Source of the DNA: a candidate division WWE3 bacterium
GTDB taxonomy: Bacteria > Patescibacteriota > WWE3 > UBA101185 > UBA10185
Length of the DNA: 64,000 nt
Direction: 5' to 3'
Assembly: GCA_052035175.1 (NCBI GenBank)
Contig: JBPOHV010000001.1
Span: 297,569 to 361,568, forward strand
A program made the translations under genes and the position numbers. Shown in pieces: positions 17,180-27,500 of the stretch (position 1 is its first letter; each line of letters opens with the position of its first letter). The notes under the pieces were generated by a model, which made no database searches, was not told where the DNA came from, and saw only the letters and a program-made list of their open reading frames with translations.

Positions 17180-18397
17180 ATGAAAAACATTTTACGACAA
17201 TTAGAAAATTTTGGGCATTTCATAAGGTCATGGTTGTTTAACTTGATTTATGGTTACCCATTAAAAGATTTTAAAGTGATTTTTGTTACTGGTACCGATG
17301 GTAAAACAACGACATCTACTTTTATCTATAACATTTTAAACTCGGCAGGAATGAATGTAGGCCTTGTTTCTACTGTCGAGGCCAAAATAAAAGATATAAG
17401 CTTGGATACAGGTTTGCATACAACTACGCCATCTAATAAAGCTCTTCAAGAAATTTTGGTGCAGCTAAAGAAACATCAGTGTGAGTATTTAGTAATGGAA
17501 TATACAGCGCATGGTATTGATCAGAGTAGAGTAGTTGGTGCTAACGTCATTGCATCGGTCTTTACAAATATTACAAACGAACATTTAGATTATTCTGGTA
17601 CATTAGAAAATTTGATTGAGACAAAAGGTAAGATAATCAAACTTGCAAAAAAGTCATACTTCAATGCCAAATGTGCTGTTGTCAAAAAGCTTGTAGAAAT
17701 TGCAAAGCGCACAGATTCAGATTATGAACTGTATACGTCAGATTTTCTAAAGGAAAGTTTGCCAAATGATTGGTCACAAAAGTTTCCGGGAGAATACAAT
17801 TTGGAAAATGCATCGGCAGCTTATTTTGTGACGCGAAGCTTGGGTGTGCCAGATAATACTATTGTGTCTGCGATCGCAAATAGCACACCTCCTGTTGGTA
17901 GATTTGAAGAAATAAAAAATGAGACTGGTATAAAAATTTATATAGACTTTGCTCATACACCAAATGCATTAAAAGAAGTCTTAACTGCTTCAAAGAAATT
18001 ATTTCCATCTTCAAAGCTTATTGTTGTTTTTGGTAGCGCGGGTCTTCGGGATAAATATAAACGTCCTGTAATGGGTCAACATGCCAAAGAGTTAGCGGAC
18101 TATGTTGTAATTACTGCCGAAGACCCGCGCACAGAAGATGTAAATATAATCTCAAGGCAAATCGCAGAGGGTTGTATAAAAGCAGGCGGTGTCGAGAATA
18201 AAGATTTTTTTATTAAAGTAGATCGTCAAGAAGCAATCGATTTTGCAATCACAAAATTAGCTACTGCAGGAGATGTAGTGTTGATAACTGGGAAAAGCCA
18301 TGAAAAATCAATGTGTTTTGGTAATACAGAATACCCTTGGTCTGATTTTGACGCAGTGCACAAAGTTATAAAGAAAATGAAAAATAATGTTTCCTAA
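17180..18397 (+). CDS. murE: UDP-MurNAc-tripeptide ligase MurE
   Basis: VTGTDGKTTTS, HTTTP, TNITNEHLDY, IDFAHTPNAL, EDPR, GKSHE. Confidence 0.88.
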   Translation: MKNILRQLENFGHFIRSWLFNLIYGYPLKDFKVIFVTGTDGKTTTSTFIYNILNSAGMNVGLVSTVEAKIKDISLDTGLHTTTPSNKALQEILVQLKKHQCEYLVMEYTAHGIDQSRVVGANVIASVFTNITNEHLDYSGTLENLIETKGKIIKLAKKSYFNAKCAVVKKLVEIAKRTDSDYELYTSDFLKESLPNDWSQKFPGEYNLENASAAYFVTRSLGVPDNTIVSAIANSTPPVGRFEEIKNETGIKIYIDFAHTPNALKEVLTASKKLFPSSKLIVVFGSAGLRDKYKRPVMGQHAKELADYVVITAEDPRTEDVNIISRQIAEGCIKAGGVENKDFFIKVDRQEAIDFAITKLATAGDVVLITGKSHEKSMCFGNTEYPWSDFDAVHKVIKKMKNNVS

Positions 18398-19418
18398 TGT
18401 TTTTGCAATAGCCTCTATTGTTTCTGTAATAACTTTTATTTTGTATATTCCTTTTATATCTATTTTATATAAATACAAAATGATTAAAGATGAAGAAACA
18501 GGACGACTTGGTATCGATGGTAAACCAACATCTATAATCCAACAACTACATGCACATAAAAAAGGTACTCCAATAGGCGGAGGAATCTTGATCTTAGTTT
18601 TGTCGACTATCTTCTTTTACTTTTTGTCGTTTCGTATGGATACCAACGATGGTCTTTTACAAAACAAGATATATTTATTATTAATAACTTTTGTTTTGTT
18701 TGGGTTGTTTGGGTTGTACGATGACTTGCGCAAAATTATTCCAAATAAATATTCTCGTAAACTGCATGTGAGTGCTAATGTACAACTTTTTATTCAACTT
18801 ATTTTGGCATCTTTTATAAGCTATGTAGGTGTATATATGATGCATGCACTTAGAGTCTCGATACCTATGTCAAATATTATTTTCAATGATTTTTTCACTT
18901 TTGTTTTAAGTACTTTTACCTTGGTATTTATTGCAAATGCTTACAATATTCTCGATGGTATCGATGGATTAGGCTCGGGTAGTTTGATAGTCACACTACT
19001 TGCTTTATCAGTTTTATTTGGATCTATAGGTGCAGAGGTGTTTCCTGAACAACTTATGATATGGATATTAATTGGGTCATTGCTTGGTTATCTTTATTAC
19101 AATGTTTATCCTGCTCGCGTATTCAATGGTGATGCTGGGACTTTTGGAGTTGGCGCTTTACTAGCAATGTTTTTACTTTTAAATGATCTGTTGTGGTTGG
19201 CTCCAATAATGTATTTTATTTATATAGTCGATGCATGTACTTCGTTGATACAGGGTTTATCAAAAAGATTTTTTAATAAAAAAGTTTTCTCAATCGCGCC
19301 GATACATCATGCATTTGAACTCAAAGGTTGGCCAGAAACCAAAGTCACTATGAGGTTCTGGATAGCTAATGCATTTTGTTCTTTAGTCGCTTTGGCTATA
19401 TATTTTATAGTTTATTAA
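18387..19418 (+). CDS. mraY: Phospho-MurNAc-pentapeptide transferase
   Basis: KKGTPIGGG, GLYDD, NAYNILDGIDGL, APIHHAFELKGWPETKVTMRFW. Confidence 0.93.
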   Translation: MFPNVFAIASIVSVITFILYIPFISILYKYKMIKDEETGRLGIDGKPTSIIQQLHAHKKGTPIGGGILILVLSTIFFYFLSFRMDTNDGLLQNKIYLLLITFVLFGLFGLYDDLRKIIPNKYSRKLHVSANVQLFIQLILASFISYVGVYMMHALRVSIPMSNIIFNDFFTFVLSTFTLVFIANAYNILDGIDGLGSGSLIVTLLALSVLFGSIGAEVFPEQLMIWILIGSLLGYLYYNVYPARVFNGDAGTFGVGALLAMFLLLNDLLWLAPIMYFIYIVDACTSLIQGLSKRFFNKKVFSIAPIHHAFELKGWPETKVTMRFWIANAFCSLVALAIYFIVY

Positions 19419-19419
19419 T

Positions 19420-20172
19420 GTGCAACAAACAATTGGTAATTTACAAATAAATTATGAGTTTACTGGTGAAGGAGAAACTACTTTAGTTCTCTTACATGGT
19501 TGGGGAGGAAGCATAAAAAGCTTATATCCAATATATTCAACTTTATCAGAAGATTTACCTAGTTTAATTCTTGATTTACCAGGCTTTGGAAATAGTTCAG
19601 CTCCGAGTACTGCGTGGGATTTGGATGACTATGTTAAGTGTTTGCACGATTTATTTATAGAGTTACATATAAAAAAAGTAATTTTACTTGGACACTCTTT
19701 TGGTGGAGCATTGTCTTTGAATTTTGCTATTAAATATCCTGAGATGGTATCAAGACTTGTCGTATGTGCACCATCATATAATCGCTCTGGACGCCAATCT
19801 ATAAAAGTAAATATCTCGAATCAATTTTCATTTTATTCAAAAATAAAGCCGTATCTGAAATTACCCCGAAAGCTTTTGTATAAAGTGTTTGTCCCAGATT
19901 CTGATTTATTTAAAGCACAACATTTAGAACCAACTTTTCTTAAAGTAACTAGACACGATTTAACTCCGTATGTTTCTAGTATCAAAGCTCCTACATTAAT
20001 TATGTGGGGGACAAAAGATAAAGATGTTCCTGTACAACATGCTTATATGTTAGATGAGCTCTTACCAACATCAAAGTTGATAATCTTTGAAAATCAAACT
20101 CATGGTTTTCCTTTGTTTAATCCTGATGAGGTATCGATACAAGTACAAAGTTTCTTATCTGATTTAAAATGA
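19420..20172 (+). CDS. Alpha/beta-fold hydrolase
   Basis: LLHGWGG, DLPGFG, GHSFGG nucleophile elbow, WGTKDKDVP, His in THG. Confidence 0.9.
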   Translation: MQQTIGNLQINYEFTGEGETTLVLLHGWGGSIKSLYPIYSTLSEDLPSLILDLPGFGNSSAPSTAWDLDDYVKCLHDLFIELHIKKVILLGHSFGGALSLNFAIKYPEMVSRLVVCAPSYNRSGRQSIKVNISNQFSFYSKIKPYLKLPRKLLYKVFVPDSDLFKAQHLEPTFLKVTRHDLTPYVSSIKAPTLIMWGTKDKDVPVQHAYMLDELLPTSKLIIFENQTHGFPLFNPDEVSIQVQSFLSDLK

Positions 20173-21593
20173 TTAATTTATTAGCTCTTTGTATATATTT
20201 ATATCTTTCACTTTTTACTTTGTATTATTTTCAAATCAAAGAATATAGGTTTGATCGCTTTATTTCTTATGTAAAAGAAAAAGGTTTGGTGTGGATGTTT
20301 TTTCAAAATAAATTTGTTTTCCCTTCGCGTAGTCAAAGGAATATACTTATCATTTTATTTAGTTACACACTTTTTGTTGTTTCATTTAATTTGTTTACAA
20401 TTCCATTACTATTATTATTTTGGGTAACAGCTGTATCAATTGTGTCGATTTACCTTGGGGTTTTAATTACGCAACCGTTGTCAAAATTTATTCGCCAAAA
20501 GACTGTAAGTGCTGCGATTGCCAAACTGAGTAAGCATAATGTGCAAGTTATAGTTATCACTGGTTCATTTGGCAAGTCTAGCGTTAAAGAATATTTATAC
20601 GAAATTTTATCAAAGCAATTTAATGTAGCTAAAACTGATAAAAATCAAAATACTGATGTAGGTGTTGCGCTGGGAGTTTTGAACAATATAAAGGATGACA
20701 CGCAATATTTTATTGCAGAGGTTGGTGCTTACACAAAAGGTGAAATAGCCAGCGTAGTGTCGTGGCTCAAGCCTTCGTATGCAATACTTACTGGAATAGG
20801 GAACCAGCATTTAGATTTATTTGGTTCTAAAGAAAATTTAATTAATGCAAAGCTCGAGATAGCTGCTACTTTATCAAGTGATGCACCATTTTATATAAAC
20901 GCAGATACAATAGCACCTTCTGATATTAAGAGTAGACTCAATCATGAAAACATAATCTCATATTCTATGTATAGTGCATTAGCAAATATTTATTTTAGAT
21001 CTGTTACGAAAATAAAAGATCAGACTTATGATTGCATAGTTTTTTATTATCCGAACAATTCACATATGGAAGAAAACTTTGTTTATGAATTTCATACAAA
21101 TTTAACAAGTGAGCATATGCTATTAAATCTTTTACCTTGTATATCATTAGCAAGTGACTTGGGTATGTCTAAAGAACAAGTTGAAGCTGCAGTGTCTGAA
21201 TTACAGCCAATAGAAAATAAGCTCACAGTACATAAAGGAATAAACAACATTACCTTTATAAACGATTCGTACAATTCAAGTGTAGATGGGTTTAGCGCAG
21301 CAGTTAAATATTTGAGTACATTTGATCAACACGATAAGTTTGTTTTATCAAAAGGAATTATTGAGCTGGGTTCAGAAAAGCTACCTTCATACAAAAAATT
21401 GTTATCCCAACTCACAGATTCTAATATTGACTTGTATACAAATGACAAAGACTTTGGGAATCAAGAAAATGTTTGGTATTTCAAAAATGAATCTGACTTA
21501 TTAGAAATGATTAATAAATTACCTGCTGATTCTGTAGTATTAATAGAAGGCAGATTTACAAAAAAGTTTATGAAAAGTATAGGATTGAATTAA
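20169..21593 (+). CDS. murF: MurF ligase with N-terminal membrane segments
   Basis: ITGSFGKSSVKE, AEVGAY..GEI, IGNQHLDLFG, INDSYNS, GIIELG. Hydrophobic N-terminal ~100 aa. Confidence 0.85.
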   Translation: MINLLALCIYLYLSLFTLYYFQIKEYRFDRFISYVKEKGLVWMFFQNKFVFPSRSQRNILIILFSYTLFVVSFNLFTIPLLLLFWVTAVSIVSIYLGVLITQPLSKFIRQKTVSAAIAKLSKHNVQVIVITGSFGKSSVKEYLYEILSKQFNVAKTDKNQNTDVGVALGVLNNIKDDTQYFIAEVGAYTKGEIASVVSWLKPSYAILTGIGNQHLDLFGSKENLINAKLEIAATLSSDAPFYINADTIAPSDIKSRLNHENIISYSMYSALANIYFRSVTKIKDQTYDCIVFYYPNNSHMEENFVYEFHTNLTSEHMLLNLLPCISLASDLGMSKEQVEAAVSELQPIENKLTVHKGINNITFINDSYNSSVDGFSAAVKYLSTFDQHDKFVLSKGIIELGSEKLPSYKKLLSQLTDSNIDLYTNDKDFGNQENVWYFKNESDLLEMINKLPADSVVLIEGRFTKKFMKSIGLN

Positions 21594-22828
21594 TGCCAAA
21601 GCTTATTTATACATCGTATTCACCAAATACTAGAGCAAAAGATATATTAATGAATATCTTAATCTTACTTTCTCCTTGGTTTTGGTACAAAGGCAGATAT
21701 ATTGAAATGATTACATCTATTTTTGAAAAAAGATTTCACAACTCACATTTATATACTTTTAATTATGCGCGATCTGGTATGTATATTTTATTCAAATCGC
21801 TAAACCTTACGTCAATAGATGAAGTTATAGTTCAAGGCTTTACTTGTATAGCAGCTGTCAATCCTATTATTTGTTCTGGTGCAAAAATTATTTATTGTGA
21901 TATAGATGAAGATACGTGTAATCTTGATATTTCAGATTTAAAAAACAAGATAACTGCGAATACAAAAGTTATTATGTTTCAACATACTTTTGGTAATTCC
22001 ACAGGTATCGCGCAAGTTAAAGAATTGTGTATAGAAAGAAATATTTTGTTAATTGAAGATTGTACTAACACTATCTTTGGTAAATCTGGCAATGCATACA
22101 TAGGTAGTTTTGGTGATGCTTCTATTTTTAGTTTTGGCCGTGATAAGGCAGTCTCAGGCGTAGATGGTGGGTTGATACTTTTAAACAACAAAAGCTTAAT
22201 CCAAGATTTTGAGACTTTGTATGCAGATCTACCGTATCCAACAGTTGGCTGGTTGATAAAAGAACTGTTTTATCCATTAATATGGGCATTAATAAAAGCA
22301 ACATATACAATTGGGCTTGGGAAACTAATTCATATAGTTGCTACAAAATTGCATCTTATAACAAAGGCTACAAGTGATTTAGAAAAGTCTGGGTTTATGT
22401 CTTCTGACATGCCTAGATTATTACCAAATGCACTAGCTTGTCTCGCATACACGCAGTTGCAAGATATAAACACTATCAATGAACATAGGGCTAAAATTAA
22501 TGACTTTTATAAACACGAACTCGCAGGTGTGCAATCGGTTGTGTACGAAGCTGAAAACATTCTATTGCGGTATCCATTGTTTGTGAAAAATAAAGCAGAG
22601 TCACTAAAGTTTTTACGCAAAAATAATTTACAGCATTTTGGTGATTGGTATGACAAGCCAATCACGCCAATAAATGTCGAATTTGCAAAGATTGGTTATA
22701 CATTAGGAAGCTGTAAAACTAGTGAAGACGTCTGTACTAGAATTATTAATTTGCCCAATCATATTAATATTTCGTTGACTGATGCAAAGCTAATTGTTGG
22801 TTATATTAAAAGTGCATATGGAATATAA
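21593..22828 (+). CDS. DegT/DnrJ/EryC1/StrS-family PLP-dependent enzyme
   Basis: FTCIAAVNPI, QHTFG, LIEDC, FSFGRDK (PLP Lys), INLPNH. Confidence 0.85.
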   Translation: MPKLIYTSYSPNTRAKDILMNILILLSPWFWYKGRYIEMITSIFEKRFHNSHLYTFNYARSGMYILFKSLNLTSIDEVIVQGFTCIAAVNPIICSGAKIIYCDIDEDTCNLDISDLKNKITANTKVIMFQHTFGNSTGIAQVKELCIERNILLIEDCTNTIFGKSGNAYIGSFGDASIFSFGRDKAVSGVDGGLILLNNKSLIQDFETLYADLPYPTVGWLIKELFYPLIWALIKATYTIGLGKLIHIVATKLHLITKATSDLEKSGFMSSDMPRLLPNALACLAYTQLQDINTINEHRAKINDFYKHELAGVQSVVYEAENILLRYPLFVKNKAESLKFLRKNNLQHFGDWYDKPITPINVEFAKIGYTLGSCKTSEDVCTRIINLPNHINISLTDAKLIVGYIKSAYGI

Positions 22829-23840
22829 AATAATAGAAATTTTAGATAAACAAACTTGGGATACATACCTAAGCGAGTTTGAATACACCACGTTATTTTT
22901 GTCGTGGGAGTGGAGGCAGTTTGAAAATCAACAAAATCATAAATTTGAGAACTATGCAGTTTATGGGGATGAAACTTTTTTGGGTTTATTGCCTATAAAG
23001 TATGTAAATGCGCGACGAGGGAAATATTTGCATATCAGGCACGGCCCTTTATTAAAAGAATATACGCCAGATGTAATAAAATTTTTAACAGGTTGGCTTT
23101 ATAAGAAGTGCCAAGCTAGTGGTTCGAGTTTTTTTAGAGTTAGTCCTTTGATTTCAAATGATGCAGAGTTTGCACATGTGTTTGACCAACTAAATTATAA
23201 GCAAGCTCTAACACATTCAACAGACGCAGAATTGACTGCAGTAGTAGACCTTTTACTAACAGAAGACCAGCTTTTTTCTAATCTGAGAAAAACAACGCGC
23301 AATCTTGTTAGAAAAGCAGAAAAGTTAAATTTAATAGTTAAAGAAAGTAGTGATATGTCTCTATTTAACGATTTTGCGGTTGTATATACTGATACAGTGA
23401 CTAGGAATGGGTGGAATGCTTATTCAGTAAAGTATATTCGCGATGAGTGCGCAGTTTTTGCAAAAGCAAATGCTTTGACAATAATGATTTCTTATTTTGA
23501 AGATAAACCAATTTCAGGCGCAGTTTTTATACATAGCGGGAATCAAGTTATTTATCATCATGGGGGCTCTTTACGAGACTTTCGACACTTACCGGCTGCT
23601 TATTTATTACACTGGCATGCTATAAAGTTTTTTAAAAGCCTTGGTTTTGAGCTGTATAACTTTTGGGGTGTTTGTCCAATTGATGAGATTAAACATCCTT
23701 GGTTTAATTTATCTCTTTTCAAGCGTGGTTATAGCACGCATGAGTTGAAATTTTTGCACGCGCTAGATTATATTGTTTCGCCTATTGCTCATATCACACG
23801 GTTTTTTGAATTTGTAGAATCAAAAATTAGAGGGTACTAA
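22818..23840 (+). CDS. FemABX-family peptidoglycan bridge aminoacyl transferase
   Basis: FLSWEW, RHGP, LRKTTRNLVRKAEK, YHHGGS, YLLHWHAI, YNFWGV, FKRGY. Confidence 0.88.
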   Translation: MEYKIIEILDKQTWDTYLSEFEYTTLFLSWEWRQFENQQNHKFENYAVYGDETFLGLLPIKYVNARRGKYLHIRHGPLLKEYTPDVIKFLTGWLYKKCQASGSSFFRVSPLISNDAEFAHVFDQLNYKQALTHSTDAELTAVVDLLLTEDQLFSNLRKTTRNLVRKAEKLNLIVKESSDMSLFNDFAVVYTDTVTRNGWNAYSVKYIRDECAVFAKANALTIMISYFEDKPISGAVFIHSGNQVIYHHGGSLRDFRHLPAAYLLHWHAIKFFKSLGFELYNFWGVCPIDEIKHPWFNLSLFKRGYSTHELKFLHALDYIVSPIAHITRFFEFVESKIRGY

Positions 23841-23862
23841 TGTTATTATTTAAGTTAAATTT

Positions 23863-24399
23863 ATGAAAACTTTTTTTGCAGATTTATTAGAAACACTAGC
23901 TTTTACATTTGTAGTTATCTTTTTGATATACAAATTTATAGCTATACCAGAACTTGTTTTGCAAAGTAGTATGTTTCCTACGATCTTTTCTGGGGAAAGA
24001 GTCCTTGTTGATAAGCTTTCGACGCATTTATATCCATATGAGCGTGGAGAGATTATTGTTTTAAATCCTCCAAATAATCAGTCAACAGATTACATAAAGA
24101 GAATTGTAGGTTTACCTGGTGATATCTTAAAAATTTACGATTGCAAAGTCTATATTTCTCGTGGCGGCAATAGATACATTGTTGAGGAAACTTATATCAC
24201 AGAGGACACATGTACTAATGGTGGAAACTATTTAAAAGAAGGAAGATCTTTGCGTTTGGAAGAAGACGAATATGTCGTTATGGGTGATAATCGTAGTAAT
24301 TCCACAGATTCTAGAAGCTTTGGTCCCGTTAAGAGAAATGCCATTGTTGGCAGAGTAATATACCGTTTTTGGCCAATTTCTCGTGCTGGTTTTATGTAG
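23863..24399 (+). CDS. lepB: Signal peptidase I
   Basis: SMFPT, YIKRIVGLPGD, MGDNRSNSTDSRSFG. Confidence 0.95.
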   Translation: MKTFFADLLETLAFTFVVIFLIYKFIAIPELVLQSSMFPTIFSGERVLVDKLSTHLYPYERGEIIVLNPPNNQSTDYIKRIVGLPGDILKIYDCKVYISRGGNRYIVEETYITEDTCTNGGNYLKEGRSLRLEEDEYVVMGDNRSNSTDSRSFGPVKRNAIVGRVIYRFWPISRAGFM

Positions 24400-24437
24400 T
24401 TTGTGATACGATTATTTAGGAACCCAAAGTTATTGTG

Positions 24438-24495
24438 TTGACAGTAAAAAAACGATATGATAACCTACGGTTCGTTCACCTTATAACAGTGAACG
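24438..24495 (+). promoter_or_regulatory. rpoB promoter and leader hairpin
   Basis: TTGACA-N17-TAACCT with TG extension, followed by CGTTCAC...GTGAACG. Confidence 0.6.
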
Positions 24496-24547
24496 TTTTC
24501 TAGTGCTAAATTTTGAATAAGTAAGTCGAATTTTGGAAATTAAATAA

Positions 24548-27500
24548 ATGCGCCATAGTTTTCACAAAAGAGATGTAGTCTTGCCCTTGCCAGATCTTAA
24601 AGGTGTTCAAACAAAATCGTTTGAATGGCTATTAGAAGAAGGCATACCAGAAATCCTAGAGGAATTAGGTCGTGTTGAAGATGCATCCGGCAGAGGCTGG
24701 ACTCTCACATTAACAAATCCACAAATTTTACAACCAAATAGAACTATTGAAGAAGCTTTACATACAGGTCAAACATACGATGTTCCTTGGTACTTAACCA
24801 GCACAATCGAAGATCCAATTTCTAAAAAATCTAAAGAACAATCTATATACATGGGTGATATACCTCTCATGACTGTTGACGGTACATTTATTATAAATGG
24901 AGCCGAAAGAGTAGTTATTAACCAATTAATAAGGTCTGAAGGCGTTTTGTTTACGCAAATAGTTTCGCCTGTAACAGGTCAACAATTGGCCGGTGCCAAG
25001 GTATTACCTCGTACAGGTGTATGGTTAGAAATAGAAACGTCACGTTCTGGCGTAATTACTGTAAAAATAGACCGAAAACGCAAAATGCCTATAACAGCAT
25101 TTTTGCGCATTTTTGGTTTGGAAACAGATGATGAAATAAGAGCAGCTTTTGCAGATGTCGAAAAGAATCCAGAAATCAATTATATAGAAAATACATTGGC
25201 TAAAGATTCTACTTCTAGCTACGACGAAGCTTGTATGGAAGTATTTAAAAAACAAAGACCAGGTGAACCATTGGTTTTGGAAAATGCACGTGCTTTGGTA
25301 GATCTTTTGTTCTTCAACATTAAACGTTATAGTTTGGGGCCAGTCGGAAGGTTCAGACTAAATCAAGTTTTGGGCCTAAACTTTCCAAATGATCCTAAAC
25401 ACAGATTGCTCCAATTAGAAGATTTAATTAAAATAGTTTCACGCGTTATTGAATTAAACAATGGTATTGGCGAAGCAAGTGATGTAGACCATTTATCTTG
25501 CAGACGTGTAAAGAGCGTAGGTGAGCTATTACAATCACAAATCAGAATCGGCTTTTTAAGAATGGAACGCAATATCAAAGAAAGAATGACTCTTTCACCT
25601 AGAGATGAATTACCACAACCATCTTCTTTGATTTCACCTAGAGCAGTAGCTGCACAAATTCACAGCTTTTTTGCTACAGGGCAGTTATCTCAGTTCCACG
25701 ATCAACAAAACCCACATACAGCTTTGGACAATGTAAGAAGACTTACAGTTCAAGGTCCTGGTGGTTTAACTAAAGAAAGAGCAAGCATTGCAGTTCGTGA
25801 CGTTCATTATTCATATTTCGGTAGGATTTGTACTGTTCGTACTCCTGAAGGTCAAAGCATTGGTTTGATCAATTATTTGGCAATGTATGCTCGTGTTAAT
25901 GAGTATGGCTTTTTAGAAACCCCATACATCAAACTTGCGCATGACGAAAAAGGTGTAAAACTAACAGACGAGATAGTTTATCTTACAGCTTATGAAGAAG
26001 ATCAACACTTTATTACAGACCAATCTGTCAATATCGATGAGAACAATTACATAACTGAAAAACAAGTACCTTTGAGAAAAGCAACCAGCTTTATTTTGGG
26101 TGATGTTGCAAACGCTGATTATATAGAAGTCGTTCCAAGTCAGGTATTGGGTATTTCTGCTGGTCTTATTCCTTTTGTTCAAAATGATGACGTCGCTAGA
26201 GCTTTGATGGGTACACAACAAATTTCTCAAGCTGTACCATTGATCAGATCTGTAGCTCCAATAGTTGGTACTGGTATAGAAGCAGCAATAGCTAGAAATA
26301 CAAACGCTCTTACTTTGGCAGAAGATGACGGTACAGTTGAATACGCTGATGCAGAAACAGTAAAAGTTACATACAAAAACGGCAATAAAACAATATATAA
26401 AGTCGCTAAATTTAAAAAATCAAATGCAAAAACTTGTATAAATCAAAGAGTTACGGTCGTTTCTGGTCAAACTCTTAAAAAAGGCGATATTTTATTTGAA
26501 GGTCCTGCTGTATCTGGTGGTGAATTGTCACTTGGTACAAATATCAAAGCAGCATATATGATATACGACGGTCTTGAATTTGAAGACGGTATAGTCATTT
26601 CTGATAGATTGGTAAAAGAAGATATTCTCACATCTATTCATATAGACGATTACTCAGTGTCATTACAAGAAACTAAACTAGGTAGAGAAGAACTAACACG
26701 TGATATTCCAAACGTACCAGAAGAGACTTTGAGAAATCTAGATGAAGACGGTATAGTCGCTGTTGGTTCAAAAGTAAAATCCGGAGACATATTGGTAGGC
26801 AAAGTTGCTCCAAAAGGTGATCAAGATCTTACTGCTGAAGAAAGATTGTTAAGAGCTATTTTTGGTGAAAAAGCACAAGATATCAGAGATACTTCGTTAA
26901 AACTCCCACACGGAGAACACGGGGTAGTTATTGGTGTTAAACGCGTCACTCAGCAAGAAAGTGAAGCCCTCCCAACAGGTACTTTAGAAGAAATAACTGT
27001 TTATGTTGCTCAACAAAAGAAGATAGAAATTGGAGACAAATTGGCAGGCCGTCACGGAAACAAAGGTGTTATTTCAGCAATAGTTCCTTCTATTGATATG
27101 CCTGTTCTTCCAGATGGTTCACACGTAGATATTGTCTTTTCTTCAGAAGCTGCGTTACGCAGAATGAACGTAGGACAATTACTCGAAGCGTCACTTGGTT
27201 TATCTGGAAGTAAGCTAAACAAACAATATACTGTTCCTACACTACAAGAGATCCCAGAAGAACTTATTCAAAACGAATTGAAAGAAGCTGGACTTCCAAC
27301 TTCAGGTAAGATGAAATTGAAAGATGGTAGAACTGGCGATTACTTTAGCGACGAAATCGTTGTAGGTGATGTTTACATTTTGAAATTGATTCACTTAAGC
27401 GAAGAAAAGATGCATGCTCGTTCAACTGGACCATATTCTTTGATTACACAACAACCTTTGGGTGGTAAAGCTCAATTTGGCGGTCAGAGATTTGGAGAAA

